Origin: a bacterium
GTDB lineage: Bacteria > Patescibacteriota > Minisyncoccia > Moranbacterales > GWC2-37-73
DNA: 64,000 nt
Direction of reading: 5' to 3'
NCBI GenBank assembly: GCA_003251635.1
Contig: QKEW01000001.1
Span: forward strand, 15,588-79,587
The position numbers and the translations under genes were made by a program. Below, in pieces: positions 1 to 9,687 of this stretch. The notes beneath the pieces were generated by a model, which saw only the letters and a program-made list of their open reading frames with translations, was not told where the DNA came from and searched no databases. The number at the start of each line of letters is the position of its first letter. The stretch's first letter is position 1.

Positions 1-1
1 G

Positions 2-331
2 CCGGAGAATTGGCGAAAAAAGACCGAAAAATTTTTGCAAAGTCAGGAAAATAAGATCAAGAATTTAAATATCAGCAAGGAAGATCAACAATATTTTATT
101 GCGATGGGCTATCAAATTCCTTGTCGATTTTCCGGTGATCTTAAGGCGCTGGTCTATTTGGCGGAATTGCGATCAACTCGTTTTGTGCATCCGACCCTGG
201 TAGCACAAATGTTGAAAATGATTGCTAGCTTGAAAAAACTTTTTGCTAAAGATGGCTTGGTTTTGCATCTGGATGATGAGCCGAACCGTTTCGACATCCG
301 CCGCGGACAGCAGGATATTGTGGCGAAATAA
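2..331 (+). CDS. C-terminal part of a probable FAD-dependent thymidylate synthase (ThyX-like); truncated by window start
   Basis: Frame is open from position 2. QY..MGY and L.ALVYL.ELRS...HPT resemble ThyX-like C-termini, and the gene lies upstream of tmk and dut. Confidence 0.5.
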   Translation, partial: PENWRKKTEKFLQSQENKIKNLNISKEDQQYFIAMGYQIPCRFSGDLKALVYLAELRSTRFVHPTLVAQMLKMIASLKKLFAKDGLVLHLDDEPNRFDIRRGQQDIVAK

Positions 332-344
332 ATTTTTCTTTTGA

Positions 345-1368
345 TGAATTCAAGAATTTAAAGCCCCTTTTTTTACATAGCATTGGCGAGAACTTCATTA
401 GGTGTTAGATAATTAAGGCACTTTCTGGCTCGGTTGTTAAGTTTTTCCTGGATTTCCCAGACGTATCTTTCTGTAATGTTATCAAGATTAGATTTTTTAG
501 GGAAATATTCTCGAATTAGTTCATTTAGGTTTTCCACGCCACCTTTCTGCCAACTTGAGTACGGATCACAGAAATATGAGGGAATTTCTGTTTCGTGGTG
601 CAATGCATTTTCGCTTCCATTGTCTCTGGTGATTGTAAGCCACATTCCTGCAGGCAATGACTCAATGCTATCTCTCAAGGCCTCTTCTGAAACGATGGCG
701 GATTTATCTTTGCATTTATGAATTCTACATAACTTACTTTTTCTTTCTTGCTGCACTGATAGAATACTTTTACCTGAAAATATGACGCTATCAGTTTCCC
801 AATCGCCAAACCTTTCTCTGTAAAGTCCCTTGTTTCCTGGCTTTTTCTTTCTTACGCTTGCATTGTTTTCTACGCAAAAATTTATACAATCCTCCATATC
901 TGCCTTCGCCTTCGTAAATGTAGTTGTAAATACTTTCATAACTTATCGTTTTATCTTTGCAATTTGCTACTTCCTTAGGGTGATGTTTTTTGAGTCTGCC
1001 TGCAATTTCTTCAGGACTCCAACCATCTTTTAATCTATCATTCACATACTTTTTGAGTTTTTTATTGGCATACTTTTCCAGTTTTCTTTTGTTGGTATTT
1101 CTCTTTCTGCGATCAGCGCAGCTTTGAGCATCGATGGCACAGTATGGCATAACTTCTCCTGAATTCCTTTTGATTTCTCTTTTGATAACTGAATAGTCTC
1201 TGCACAATTTTTTGGCAATTTTAGTCTTTTTCCATCTCATTCTCAGATACGTTTCTATTTGTTGCCGTTCAAAAAAGGTTATTTCCTTACCTTTTGGCAT
1301 ATTCATAATGGGTTAAATGAGTTAACACCATATGATAGCAGAAAAAGGGGCTTCGGGGTTTGAATTCA
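345..1368 (-). mobile_element. IS30-family insertion sequence, probably defective
   Basis: Imperfect terminal inverted repeats TGAATTCAA-N6/7-AAGCCCCTTTTT at 345-372 and 1342-1368 enclose IS30-type transposase fragments. No clear target duplication seen. Confidence 0.85.
373..1306 (-). pseudogene. IS30 transposase split across two frames (791-1306 HTH part; 373 to ~820 DDE part)
   Basis: N-part has ERQQIE..REIKRN, WSPEEIAGRL and ISYESIYNYIY. C-part has GDWETDSV, TRDNGSE and CDPYSSWQKGGVENLN. The usual linker before R.GDWE appears to be missing at the frame switch near 815-830. Confidence 0.85.
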
Positions 1369-1439
1369 GGGGCAAGGGCGGCTCTTTTATTTTGCCTGAA
1401 TGTATGATAAAATGGCTTCATAAGCCTAAAATGATTTTT

Positions 1440-2057
1440 ATGGAAAAGGGAAAGTTCGTGGCAATTTATGGAATCAATGGGATTGGAAAAACTACCCAAG
1501 TTGAATTGTTGGTGGAAAATCTTGGGAAAAAGTACGGTTTGAAAATTAGTCGTTTGAAATATCCGGTTTACGATTTGGAACCCGAAGGATCTTTTATCTA
1601 TAAATATTTGCGAGACACGAAATTTAGAGGTGAAAATGAACTTTCAACTCACAAGTTGCAAAAAAAATATGCAGACAATCGACTTAGGTTTGAGGGTGAA
1701 CTAAAAAAAAGATTGGCTAATGGGGAATGGATCGTTGCGGAAGATTATGTGGGAACTGGGCTGGCTTGGGGTTTGACTTGGGGCGGCGATCTGGAATATC
1801 TGGAAGAAATCAATGAAAGCTTGCTGCGACCTGATTTGGAAATTTTGCTGCATGGTGACAGGTTTACTACAGCGGTAGAAAAAGATCATCGAAATGAAAT
1901 TGAATCGGAAAGAATCAAGATTTGTAAAAATTTTCATCTGCTTTTGGCGGAAAAATATGGTTGGCAAAAAGTTGACGCAATCAGGAAGATAGAACAGGTT
2001 CAAGAGGATTTGCTAAATGAAATTGAAAGTAAATTTAAATTGAAACAATCACAATAG
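1440..2057 (+). CDS. tmk: Thymidylate kinase
   Basis: GKFVAIYGINGIGKTTQ P-loop and EDY in place of DRY; adjacent to dut. Likely start is ATG 1440 or 1431, because the ORF-track start lies inside the IS. Confidence 0.85.
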   Translation: MEKGKFVAIYGINGIGKTTQVELLVENLGKKYGLKISRLKYPVYDLEPEGSFIYKYLRDTKFRGENELSTHKLQKKYADNRLRFEGELKKRLANGEWIVAEDYVGTGLAWGLTWGGDLEYLEEINESLLRPDLEILLHGDRFTTAVEKDHRNEIESERIKICKNFHLLLAEKYGWQKVDAIRKIEQVQEDLLNEIESKFKLKQSQ

Positions 2058-2069
2058 AATTTTAGGAAA

Positions 2070-2495
2070 ATGAAAATTTTAATCAAAAAAATTATCAAAG
2101 ATGCAGTCGTGCCTAAATTTGCCTTGGAAGGAGATGCTGGAATGGATATTTTTTCAGCCGAGGATCGAGTTATCAAACCGGGCGAGCGAATATCTTGCCG
2201 CAGCGGCATTGCCATCAAAATTCCAGTTGGATATGCCGGGTTGATTTGGGATAAAGGAGGTCCTTCTCATAAGTTCGGCATAAAAACATTAGGTGGAGTT
2301 TTTGATAGCAATTATATTGGAGAATGGTTTATTGGTCTGATAAATTTGGGCCAGGAAGATTATGAAATAAAAAAGGGACAAAAAATTGCTCAGGCCCTTT
2401 TTCAAAAAATTGAACAACCGGAAATTGAAGAAGTTGAAGAGCTGGAAGATACTAATCGGGGAGAGGGTGCTTTTGGAAGTACTGGATTGCACTAA
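2070..2495 (+). CDS. dut: dUTP diphosphatase
   Basis: GDAGMD, GGVFDSNYIGE, KIAQ and RGEGAFGSTG motifs. Confidence 0.95.
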   Translation: MKILIKKIIKDAVVPKFALEGDAGMDIFSAEDRVIKPGERISCRSGIAIKIPVGYAGLIWDKGGPSHKFGIKTLGGVFDSNYIGEWFIGLINLGQEDYEIKKGQKIAQALFQKIEQPEIEEVEELEDTNRGEGAFGSTGLH

Positions 2496-2519
2496 AATTT
2501 AAATTTTGAAAATAAAAAT

Positions 2520-3989
2520 ATGGCTAAATATATCCCAGTAATCGGAATGGAAATCCATGTTGAGCTCAAGACGGACTCAAAGATGTTTTGCGCTTGTAAA
2601 AATGATTTAGGATTGGATAAGGAACCCAATTCTAATATTTGCCCGGTTTGTACTGCGCAGCCCGGAACGCTGCCGGTACCGAACCGAAAAGCGGTAGAAT
2701 TTGTGCAATTGGCCGGTCTGGCTTTGGATTGCAAGTTGAATCTCGATTCCAAATTTGATCGCAAGAACTATTTTTACCCGGACATCCCCAAGGGTTACCA
2801 GATTTCCCAATTTGATCAGCCGCTTTGCGGCAAAGGTTCTTTGCAGATTGACGGCAAAGAAATTGGAATTACTCGAATTCACTTGGAAGAGGATACTGGA
2901 AAATTGACCCATCCCAAGGGCACGGACTATTCTTTGGTGGATTTTAATCGAGCCGGAGTGCCATTGATGGAATTGGTGACTGAGCCAGACATTGAAACTG
3001 GAGCCGAGGCGCGTTTGTTTTGCCAAAAATTGCAACAAATTTGCCGCTATTTGGAAATTTCCGACGCGGACATGGAAAAGGGGCACATGCGCTGCGAGGT
3101 GAATCTTTCTTTGCATAAAGAAGGGGAGGAAAAACTTTCTGGTACGAAGGTAGAAGTGAAAAACATCAATTCTTTCCGCTTCGTGGAAAAGGCGGTCAAT
3201 TTTGAAATTGAAAGACAAACCGAGCTTTTGGAAAATGGCGAAGAAATTGTGCAGGAAACTCGCGGTTGGGATAGTGTCAAAAACCAGACAGTTTCACAGC
3301 GCAAAAAAGAATCAGCTCATGACTATCGTTATTTTCCTGAACCGGACATTCCGCCGATGAAGTTTGACGAGGAATATGTGCGACAGTTGAAATTGCGTTT
3401 GCCGGAGTTGCCTTTGGCTAAAGAAAAGAGATTTATTGAACAATTTGGGGTTTCAGCGGAAAATGCTGCCACTCTGGTATCGGATAAGTCTTTGGCAGAT
3501 TATTTCGAAAACGTGATCAGTGAATTGGAAGAAAAATTGATTTCCAAGGAAATTGTGGCCGAGCGAAAAAAAGTTTTCAAACTGGCAGTCAACTATATTT
3601 TGACGGAACTGCGAAAGCACATGATGGAAGACGGATTGGAAATTGCCGACTTGAAGATTAGTGCGGAAAATTACGCCGAGCTGATTGGAATTGTGGCCGA
3701 TGGCAAGATCAATTCCAGCGCAGCTCAAAATGTTTTGCAGCAAATGTATCAAACTGGTGGCGATCCGTCGCAAATTATTGAAGAAAAGAATTTATTGCAA
3801 ACCAATGACAGTGGAGAATTGGAAGATTTGGTGGATGGAGTTTTGGCAGAGAATGAAAAATCAGTGGCTGACTTTAGAGCTGGTAAGGAAAATGCTTTGA
3901 AATTTTTGATGGGTCAAGTGATGAAGCAATCAAAAGGCAAAGCTAATCCGCAAATAGTGATGGAGATTTTGAAGGAGAAGTTGAAATAG
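2520..3989 (+). CDS. gatB: Asp/Glu-tRNA amidotransferase subunit B
   Basis: IGMEIHVEL, FDRKNYFYPD.PKGYQISQ, DFNRAGVPLME and YRYFPEPD. Confidence 0.97.
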   Translation: MAKYIPVIGMEIHVELKTDSKMFCACKNDLGLDKEPNSNICPVCTAQPGTLPVPNRKAVEFVQLAGLALDCKLNLDSKFDRKNYFYPDIPKGYQISQFDQPLCGKGSLQIDGKEIGITRIHLEEDTGKLTHPKGTDYSLVDFNRAGVPLMELVTEPDIETGAEARLFCQKLQQICRYLEISDADMEKGHMRCEVNLSLHKEGEEKLSGTKVEVKNINSFRFVEKAVNFEIERQTELLENGEEIVQETRGWDSVKNQTVSQRKKESAHDYRYFPEPDIPPMKFDEEYVRQLKLRLPELPLAKEKRFIEQFGVSAENAATLVSDKSLADYFENVISELEEKLISKEIVAERKKVFKLAVNYILTELRKHMMEDGLEIADLKISAENYAELIGIVADGKINSSAAQNVLQQMYQTGGDPSQIIEEKNLLQTNDSGELEDLVDGVLAENEKSVADFRAGKENALKFLMGQVMKQSKGKANPQIVMEILKEKLK

Positions 3990-3997
3990 ATTTTTTT

Positions 3998-4315
3998 ATG
4001 ACTTTAAAAGAAATTATTGACATTATAATGATTCAGGCCAAGGAGAAAGGTTTTGGTACAAAGCCTGAAGAGATTAATGTTGCTGAAAAAATTGCCCTTA
4101 TTCATTCGGAGGTTTCTGAGGCATTTGAGGCCTACCGACACAAAAACATAAAAGGCAAGGATGGTTTTGAGGAAGAATTGGGAGATGTGGTCCAGCGTGT
4201 TTTACACTTGTGCGGTATCATGAAAATTGATATTGAAAAATCAATTTTAAGCAAGATTAAGCATAACAAAGAAAGAAAGTGGGAATGGGATGAAATAAAT
4301 GAAAGCCATTCTTGA
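3998..4315 (+). CDS. MazG-like nucleotide pyrophosphohydrolase
   Basis: HSEVSEA.E and EEELGDV metal-binding motifs. Confidence 0.8.
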   Translation: MTLKEIIDIIMIQAKEKGFGTKPEEINVAEKIALIHSEVSEAFEAYRHKNIKGKDGFEEELGDVVQRVLHLCGIMKIDIEKSILSKIKHNKERKWEWDEINESHS

Positions 4316-4338
4316 ATTACTCCAAATACTTTAAATAT

Positions 4339-4366
4339 AAAAAGAAGCCATGAAGGCTTCTTTTTT
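4339..4366. terminator. Bidirectional intrinsic terminator
   Basis: AAAAAGAAGCC-ATGAA-GGCTTCTTTTTT between the convergent mazG-like gene and tRNA-Leu. Confidence 0.75.
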
Positions 4367-4380
4367 CGTGTTTTAAATCT

Positions 4381-4467
4381 TGGTGCCCAGGGCGAGACTC
4401 GAACTCGCACGATATTGCTACCACTGGATTTTGAGTCCAGCGCGTCTACCAATTCCGCCACCCGGGC
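4381..4467 (-). tRNA. tRNA-Leu(CAA)
   Basis: Reverse complement reads GCCCGGGTGGCGGAATTGGTAGACGCGCTGGACT-CAA-AATCCAG, with a long variable arm, GTTCGAGTC and encoded CCA. Confidence 0.97.
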
Positions 4468-4617
4468 CTACTAACTATCAACTAATAACTTACAACTAAC
4501 AACAAACAATCAACAACAATAATAAGCTCAAAACTTACAATAGACAACCAACAACCAATAACCAATAACTCACAACTGAAAACTGACAACTGATAATTTA
4601 CAATAAACAGCTGATAC
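4468..4617 (+). repeat. Degenerate heptamer tandem array (consensus ~CTAACAA, ~20 units)
   Basis: ctactaa ctatcaa ctaataa cttacaa ctaacaa caaacaa ... ccaacaa ccaataa ccaataa ctcacaa ctgaaaa ctgacaa ctgataa. Confidence 0.8.
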
Positions 4618-4773
4618 GCATAAAATACATAGACTGACCACCTGAAAGCTATAAACCGAAACCGGCCAACCTGCCCTAAATAATAGGTGATTGATAAGGA
4701 ATTGTCAATGTGGTAGAATAATAAAGTGAATAACTTCTGGGAAAAAAATTCAAAACAGTTTTATTTTTGATTT

Positions 4774-5595
4774 ATGGCAAAGGTAATATCATTGATTAAC
4801 CAAAAGGGTGGGGTTGGAAAAACCACTACCGCTATCAATATCTCAACTTATTTGGCCAATTTTGGCAAAAAAGTTTTATTGGTTGATTTGGACCCGCAAG
4901 GCAATGCGTCTTCCGGATTGGGAGTTAACATACAAAAATTAGAAAAAGGTCTTTATCAGGCCTTGGTTGGAACAGAGAATCCTCATAATGTGATTATGCA
5001 ATTGGAAGATGCTGGACATGATTTGATGCCATCTTCACAAGATTTGGCTGGGGCGGGAATTGAATTGGTTCATTTTGAAAATCGAGAGTTTAAGCTCTAT
5101 GAAGTTTTGCGTCAGGTTAATAATGAATATGACTATATCATTATTGATAGTCCGCCAAGTTTGGGACTTTTGACTATTAACGGCTTGGTAGCGAGTGATG
5201 AGGTGATAATTCCGGTTCAGACGGAATATTATGCCCTAGAGGGGCTCAGTCAACTTTTAGAAACTATTGAATTGGTTCGAAAACATTTGCAGCCGCGCTT
5301 GGAAATTGGCGGCGCGATTCTGACCATGTATGATAAGCGTAATCGTTTGGCCCGCCAGGTTGTTAAGGAGATGAGAGAACATTTTCCAGGTCACGTTTTT
5401 AATAGTATGATTGCTCGTTCAATTCGCTTGGCGGAAGCTCCGAGTTTTGGTAAATCTATTTTGAATTTCGATAGTCTTTCCAAGGGTGCTCGTTCTTATA
5501 AAGCTCTGGCTAAGGAAATTATGGAAAAAGATGAAGAGCGAAAAAAAGCGATTCAGAAAAACTTGGGAATTGATCATAAGTTAATGAAACAATAA
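4774..5595 (+). CDS. parA: ParA/Soj chromosome partition ATPase
   Basis: NQKGGVGKTTT, DLDPQGNAS, IDSPPSLG and EAPSFG. Confidence 0.95.
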   Translation: MAKVISLINQKGGVGKTTTAINISTYLANFGKKVLLVDLDPQGNASSGLGVNIQKLEKGLYQALVGTENPHNVIMQLEDAGHDLMPSSQDLAGAGIELVHFENREFKLYEVLRQVNNEYDYIIIDSPPSLGLLTINGLVASDEVIIPVQTEYYALEGLSQLLETIELVRKHLQPRLEIGGAILTMYDKRNRLARQVVKEMREHFPGHVFNSMIARSIRLAEAPSFGKSILNFDSLSKGARSYKALAKEIMEKDEERKKAIQKNLGIDHKLMKQ

Positions 5596-5623
5596 ACTTG
5601 TTCTGGGTATAAAAACAAAAAAT

Positions 5624-6520
5624 ATGGCACAAAATTATGGTTTAGGACGAGGACTTTCGTCTTTAATTCCAAGTAATAAAAAGGAAGAAGAAACTCAACA
5701 GAATTTTTCGAAACGTACGATTTCAGGTCAGGACGAAAATTCTATTCGAGGAGATCGTTTTGTAATAGAAGTTGATATAAATAACATTGTACCGAATCCT
5801 CATCAACCGAGAATATTTTTTGATGAGGAGAAATTACAGGACTTGGCTGATTCCATCAAGCATCATGGCATAATTCAGCCTTTGATTGTCAGTCACAACG
5901 GAGCTCGCTATGAATTGATTGCCGGTGAAAGACGACTGCAGGCCTCCAAAAAGGCTGGATTGAAGAAAGTCCCGGTAATTGTGCGCGATGCTAATGAGAA
6001 ACAAAAATTGGAGTTGGCTATTATTGAAAATGTTCAACGGCATGATCTGAATGCTGTTGAAGAGGCTAAGTCTTACAAGAAGTTGATGGAGGATTATCAG
6101 ATGAACCAGGAAGAAGTAGCTGATAAGATAGGCAAAAGCCGTTCTCTAGTAGCCAATAAGGTTCGCCTTTTAGCTTTGCCGATTGAAATTCAAAAGGCAC
6201 TGATTGCTGGAAAAATTTCCGAGGGTCATGCAAAAGCCATCTTATCTTTAGAAAATCCGCAAAAGCAATTAGCGGCTTTTGAGATGATCACAAAAAACGG
6301 CCTAACGGTAAGACAAAGTGAAGACAAGATTAAACAACTTTCACAAAAAAGTATTCTCAGGAAATCAATTATTGATCCCCAGATTAAAAAATTAGAAGAT
6401 AAACTGGTGGAAAAATTTGGAACAAAAGTCAGAATAACCAAATCTGGAAAGGGCGGTAGGATTGTTGTTGAATATTATTCCTCGGAGGAATTGGATTCTA
6501 TCTTGAAAAAAATAGGTTAA
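5624..6520 (+). CDS. parB: ParB/Spo0J partition protein
   Basis: LGRGL.SLI, NPHQPR, GIIQP, AGERR and ENVQR.DL. Confidence 0.95.
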   Translation: MAQNYGLGRGLSSLIPSNKKEEETQQNFSKRTISGQDENSIRGDRFVIEVDINNIVPNPHQPRIFFDEEKLQDLADSIKHHGIIQPLIVSHNGARYELIAGERRLQASKKAGLKKVPVIVRDANEKQKLELAIIENVQRHDLNAVEEAKSYKKLMEDYQMNQEEVADKIGKSRSLVANKVRLLALPIEIQKALIAGKISEGHAKAILSLENPQKQLAAFEMITKNGLTVRQSEDKIKQLSQKSILRKSIIDPQIKKLEDKLVEKFGTKVRITKSGKGGRIVVEYYSSEELDSILKKIG

Positions 6521-6542
6521 TTTTTTTAAAATATTTTTAATT

Positions 6543-8099
6543 ATGAAGAAGAAAAAAACAAAAAAAAGCGTTTTTTTAAAAAAGTGCAAGTTAAAGCTGG
6601 GAAAACATGGCTCAGCCTTAGTTTTTGTTTTAGTTATTTTGGCAGTTATGTCTGTGATGGCGATTGGGTCATATCAATCCGCTAGTCTTAGCAGGAATAG
6701 CGCTACTTTCTCTGAGAAATCCGTCTCTTCTTTTCAGGCAGCGGATAGTGGAGTCGAGTTTATTATGGAAAATATAAATGATCAAATCGAGGCCAATGGT
6801 AAAAATATAACCCTAGAAGAAGCAGGACTTTGCACGGATGAAAATCCTTACTATGAAGATGATTCTTCTTTGGAAGGTAAAGAAATTAAAATTGAATTTT
6901 ACGTTAATGAATCAGGTGATCCGGAAAAATTGGTTGAAGCCGGTGATTGCTCGAGTTACACATTGAAAGATCTTAGATACGTCAAATCGGTTGGTGAATT
7001 TGGAGGAACCAGTCGGGCAGTAAAAGTGAATGTTCAAGGTAGTTGTCTGGATATTGTAGCCGTTCAAGATTCACTTCCTGGAACGGAGGCTTACGCTCAA
7101 TCACTTTTCGTGGGCGGTGACTATGCTTATTTGGGAACGGATGATAACAGTAATCCGGATGTTGGGATGAATATTTTTAATATTTCCGACCCGGCAAATC
7201 CTCAAAAGGTTGGTTTTTTTCCAGTTCAACAAACGATCGCTGGTGGGTTCTGTGATGGTCACATAACAGCAACCGGTTACAAAGAATCGGTTCTGGGAAT
7301 TGATGTGGTTGGAAACTATGCTTACCTAGCAACCTTCCTTGGTGGTTTGGTTATTGTAGATGTTAGTGATAAAACTAATCCTACTTGTCAGGCTGAATTA
7401 GATTTGGCAGGGGAAGCTTGGTCGGTAAAAGTTGTTGGAAATAAAGCTTATGTTGCGGATTATACTAAATTGTTGGTTATTGATGTTTCCGATAAAAATA
7501 ATCCCTATATTGAAGATGAGTTTGTGTTGCAAGAAGGCTCAATGACCCAAGCGCTTGGCCCTCATGAATTATTTGTTGATTCTGGTGCGAATTATGCTTA
7601 TGTGGTTGGAAGAGACTCTTCTCTGGATCTAAGAGATGGTCTTGCAGTTGTTGATTTGAGCGATGGTTCAATGAGTGATTACAATTTATTGGGCTATAAC
7701 CGTGATTTTTACCGAGGAATTGATATAAAGGATGGCTATGCCTATATTGGAAAATATAATGAAAGTACTGCTGTTGCCGAATTGGCTACTTATGATGTGA
7801 GCGACCCAATGAATATTGAAGAGGTTGATAATGATGCAGTTACAGGTAGTGGCGATTTTGGAAGCGATGTTTTTGTTGATGGGGATAAGGTTTACCTTTC
7901 GGCTTACAGAGAAGTAGCCGTTTTTGATATATCGGATGATCCAGCAAATCCTGAGCTTGTCTATGAATTTGATGTGCCATCCTATATGAGAGCTGATCAG
8001 ATTTGGAAACACACTGACGGAAAGATTTATTTTGCCGGAGGTTTTAATGTTGATGGCAAAGGAGCTCCAATCGTGGTGGCTAATGACTGTTCGGAATAA
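6543..8099 (+). CDS. PilX-like N-terminal (prepilin-type) protein with LVIVD-repeat beta-propeller
   Basis: Basic leader, then G|SALVFVLVILAVM and AADSGVE. The C-terminal part has repeated GNYAYL..GGLVIVDVSD.TNP units. Confidence 0.7.
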   Translation: MKKKKTKKSVFLKKCKLKLGKHGSALVFVLVILAVMSVMAIGSYQSASLSRNSATFSEKSVSSFQAADSGVEFIMENINDQIEANGKNITLEEAGLCTDENPYYEDDSSLEGKEIKIEFYVNESGDPEKLVEAGDCSSYTLKDLRYVKSVGEFGGTSRAVKVNVQGSCLDIVAVQDSLPGTEAYAQSLFVGGDYAYLGTDDNSNPDVGMNIFNISDPANPQKVGFFPVQQTIAGGFCDGHITATGYKESVLGIDVVGNYAYLATFLGGLVIVDVSDKTNPTCQAELDLAGEAWSVKVVGNKAYVADYTKLLVIDVSDKNNPYIEDEFVLQEGSMTQALGPHELFVDSGANYAYVVGRDSSLDLRDGLAVVDLSDGSMSDYNLLGYNRDFYRGIDIKDGYAYIGKYNESTAVAELATYDVSDPMNIEEVDNDAVTGSGDFGSDVFVDGDKVYLSAYREVAVFDISDDPANPELVYEFDVPSYMRADQIWKHTDGKIYFAGGFNVDGKGAPIVVANDCSE

Positions 8100-8150
8100 C
8101 AGGTACGCTGCTAGAGTTATTTTATTAAAAAGACCAGATTACTTCTTAGT

Positions 8151-9659
8151 TTATCTGGTCTTTTTTTCCTCATTTTTTCGTAGTTCTCGACGAATTGAAG
8201 ATTTAGCCATGGAAGTTTTGACAAATTTGAGCCAATCAGGATTGGGAACGTGACGTTTTTTGCAGGTCAAAACTTCAATCATTTGACCATTTTGAATTTG
8301 AAAATCCACGGGAACCATTTTCCCATCAGCTTTGGCGCCTACGATTGAATTGCCAACTTCACTATGAATAGCATAGGCAAAATCAACCGGAGTAGCTTCT
8401 TCTGGTAAATCAATAATATCGCCCATTGGCGTGAAGGCAAATATATGGTTTTTAAAGAAATCTATTCGCAGGCCCTCCATAAACTCGCCATCGTTTAAAC
8501 CGATTTCATTTTGCCATTCGCGCAATTGCTTGACCCACTTCAGTTCCTTGAGAACACTTTCTTTTTTTTGCTTGAAAATAAAATCTTTCCAGGTTCTTTT
8601 TTTCATTTTGTCGCTATAAATCCAGTGAGCGGCAATTCCAAACTCAGCCTCGCTGTGCATCTGGGTGGTGCGTATTTGAACCTCCAAAATTCGTCCCTCT
8701 GGTCCAAAGATGGTGGTGTGGATTGATTGATATCCGTTCGGTTTGGGCAGGGAAATGTAATCCTTGATGCGTCCAACCATTGGTCGATATTTTCTGTGAA
8801 CAATTCCCAGAGCTTCATAACAATCGGCAATTTGAGGAACTATCACTCGAACCGCTGAAAGGTCATAGATTCTGTTGATGTTCATGTCATATTTTTTCAA
8901 CTTTTCATATGAGCTGAAAAGACTTTTGGCTCGGCCGTGAATGTTAATAACATGAATTCCGCCTTTTTCCAATTCCTTTTTTAGTTCGCGAATTGCTTCA
9001 TCGACATATTTTTTTCTTTCTTTATAGCTTTTAGTTATGATATCTTTGACAAGGTTGTAGTTTTCATTATCCAAATATTTAAAAGACAAATCCTGTAATT
9101 GGGATTTGATTTCGCCGATTCCCAGGCGGTTGGCAATCGGAGCAAAAATCTCCATGGTCTCGTTGGCAATTCGCTTTTGTTTTTCGACCGGGAGATATTC
9201 AAGGGTTTGCATGTTGTGCAAGCGATCTGCCAATTTGATGATAACCACGCGAATGTCAGCTGCCATAGCCAAAAACATTTTGCGCAAATTTTCTATGAAG
9301 TATTCTTCATGGGATCCTCGCAATTTGATTTTTCCTAATTTGGTCACGCCGTCAACCATGAAAGTCACTTCAGGCCCGAATTTTTGTTGTATTTCATCTA
9401 AAGTCACTTCCGTGTCTTCATCAACATCATGCAAGAGTCCAGCGGCGATAGTTTTGCCGCCCATGCCGATTTCCGCCAAAATTTTACCAGTAGCAGCGGC
9501 ATGTTGAAAATAATCATCACCAGACATTCTTTTTTGCCCAGCGTGAGCTTTTTGGGCAAAATAGAAAGCTTCGGTGATAATCTTTTTTCGTTTTTCGGAA
9601 GGGTGATTTTTTAGAGCTTTAAGAATATCTTCAAGCTCTATGTTTTTTTTAGCTTCCAT
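8151..9659 (-). CDS. RelA/SpoT (p)ppGpp synthetase/hydrolase, short form (HD-synthetase-TGS)
   Basis: H.GQKR.SG, LLHDV.ED, KLADRLHNM, KDYI..PKPNGYQSIHT, EVQIRT and TGS domain TPVDFAY.IHS. Confidence 0.93.
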   Translation of the reverse strand: MEAKKNIELEDILKALKNHPSEKRKKIITEAFYFAQKAHAGQKRMSGDDYFQHAAATGKILAEIGMGGKTIAAGLLHDVDEDTEVTLDEIQQKFGPEVTFMVDGVTKLGKIKLRGSHEEYFIENLRKMFLAMAADIRVVIIKLADRLHNMQTLEYLPVEKQKRIANETMEIFAPIANRLGIGEIKSQLQDLSFKYLDNENYNLVKDIITKSYKERKKYVDEAIRELKKELEKGGIHVINIHGRAKSLFSSYEKLKKYDMNINRIYDLSAVRVIVPQIADCYEALGIVHRKYRPMVGRIKDYISLPKPNGYQSIHTTIFGPEGRILEVQIRTTQMHSEAEFGIAAHWIYSDKMKKRTWKDFIFKQKKESVLKELKWVKQLREWQNEIGLNDGEFMEGLRIDFFKNHIFAFTPMGDIIDLPEEATPVDFAYAIHSEVGNSIVGAKADGKMVPVDFQIQNGQMIEVLTCKKRHVPNPDWLKFVKTSMAKSSIRRELRKNEEKKTR

Positions 9660-9687
9660 GATTTTAAGTTAGAAGATCAAATTTATT

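Noticed and set aside
791-939. Programmed frameshift in the IS30 transposase
   Set aside because: IS30 elements normally use one ORF, and conserved linker residues appear missing at the junction, which fits a deletion better.
1332-1439. N-terminal extension of tmk in the ORF track
   Set aside because: The upstream ATG lies inside the IS30 end; the kinase fold begins at about 1431-1440.
4132-4461. 109-aa minus-strand ORF
   Set aside because: It is a translation of the tRNA-Leu gene and the antisense of the MazG-like gene.
4468-4617. CRISPR array or oriC
   Set aside because: There is no repeat-spacer structure or cas gene, and no DnaA-box cluster here.
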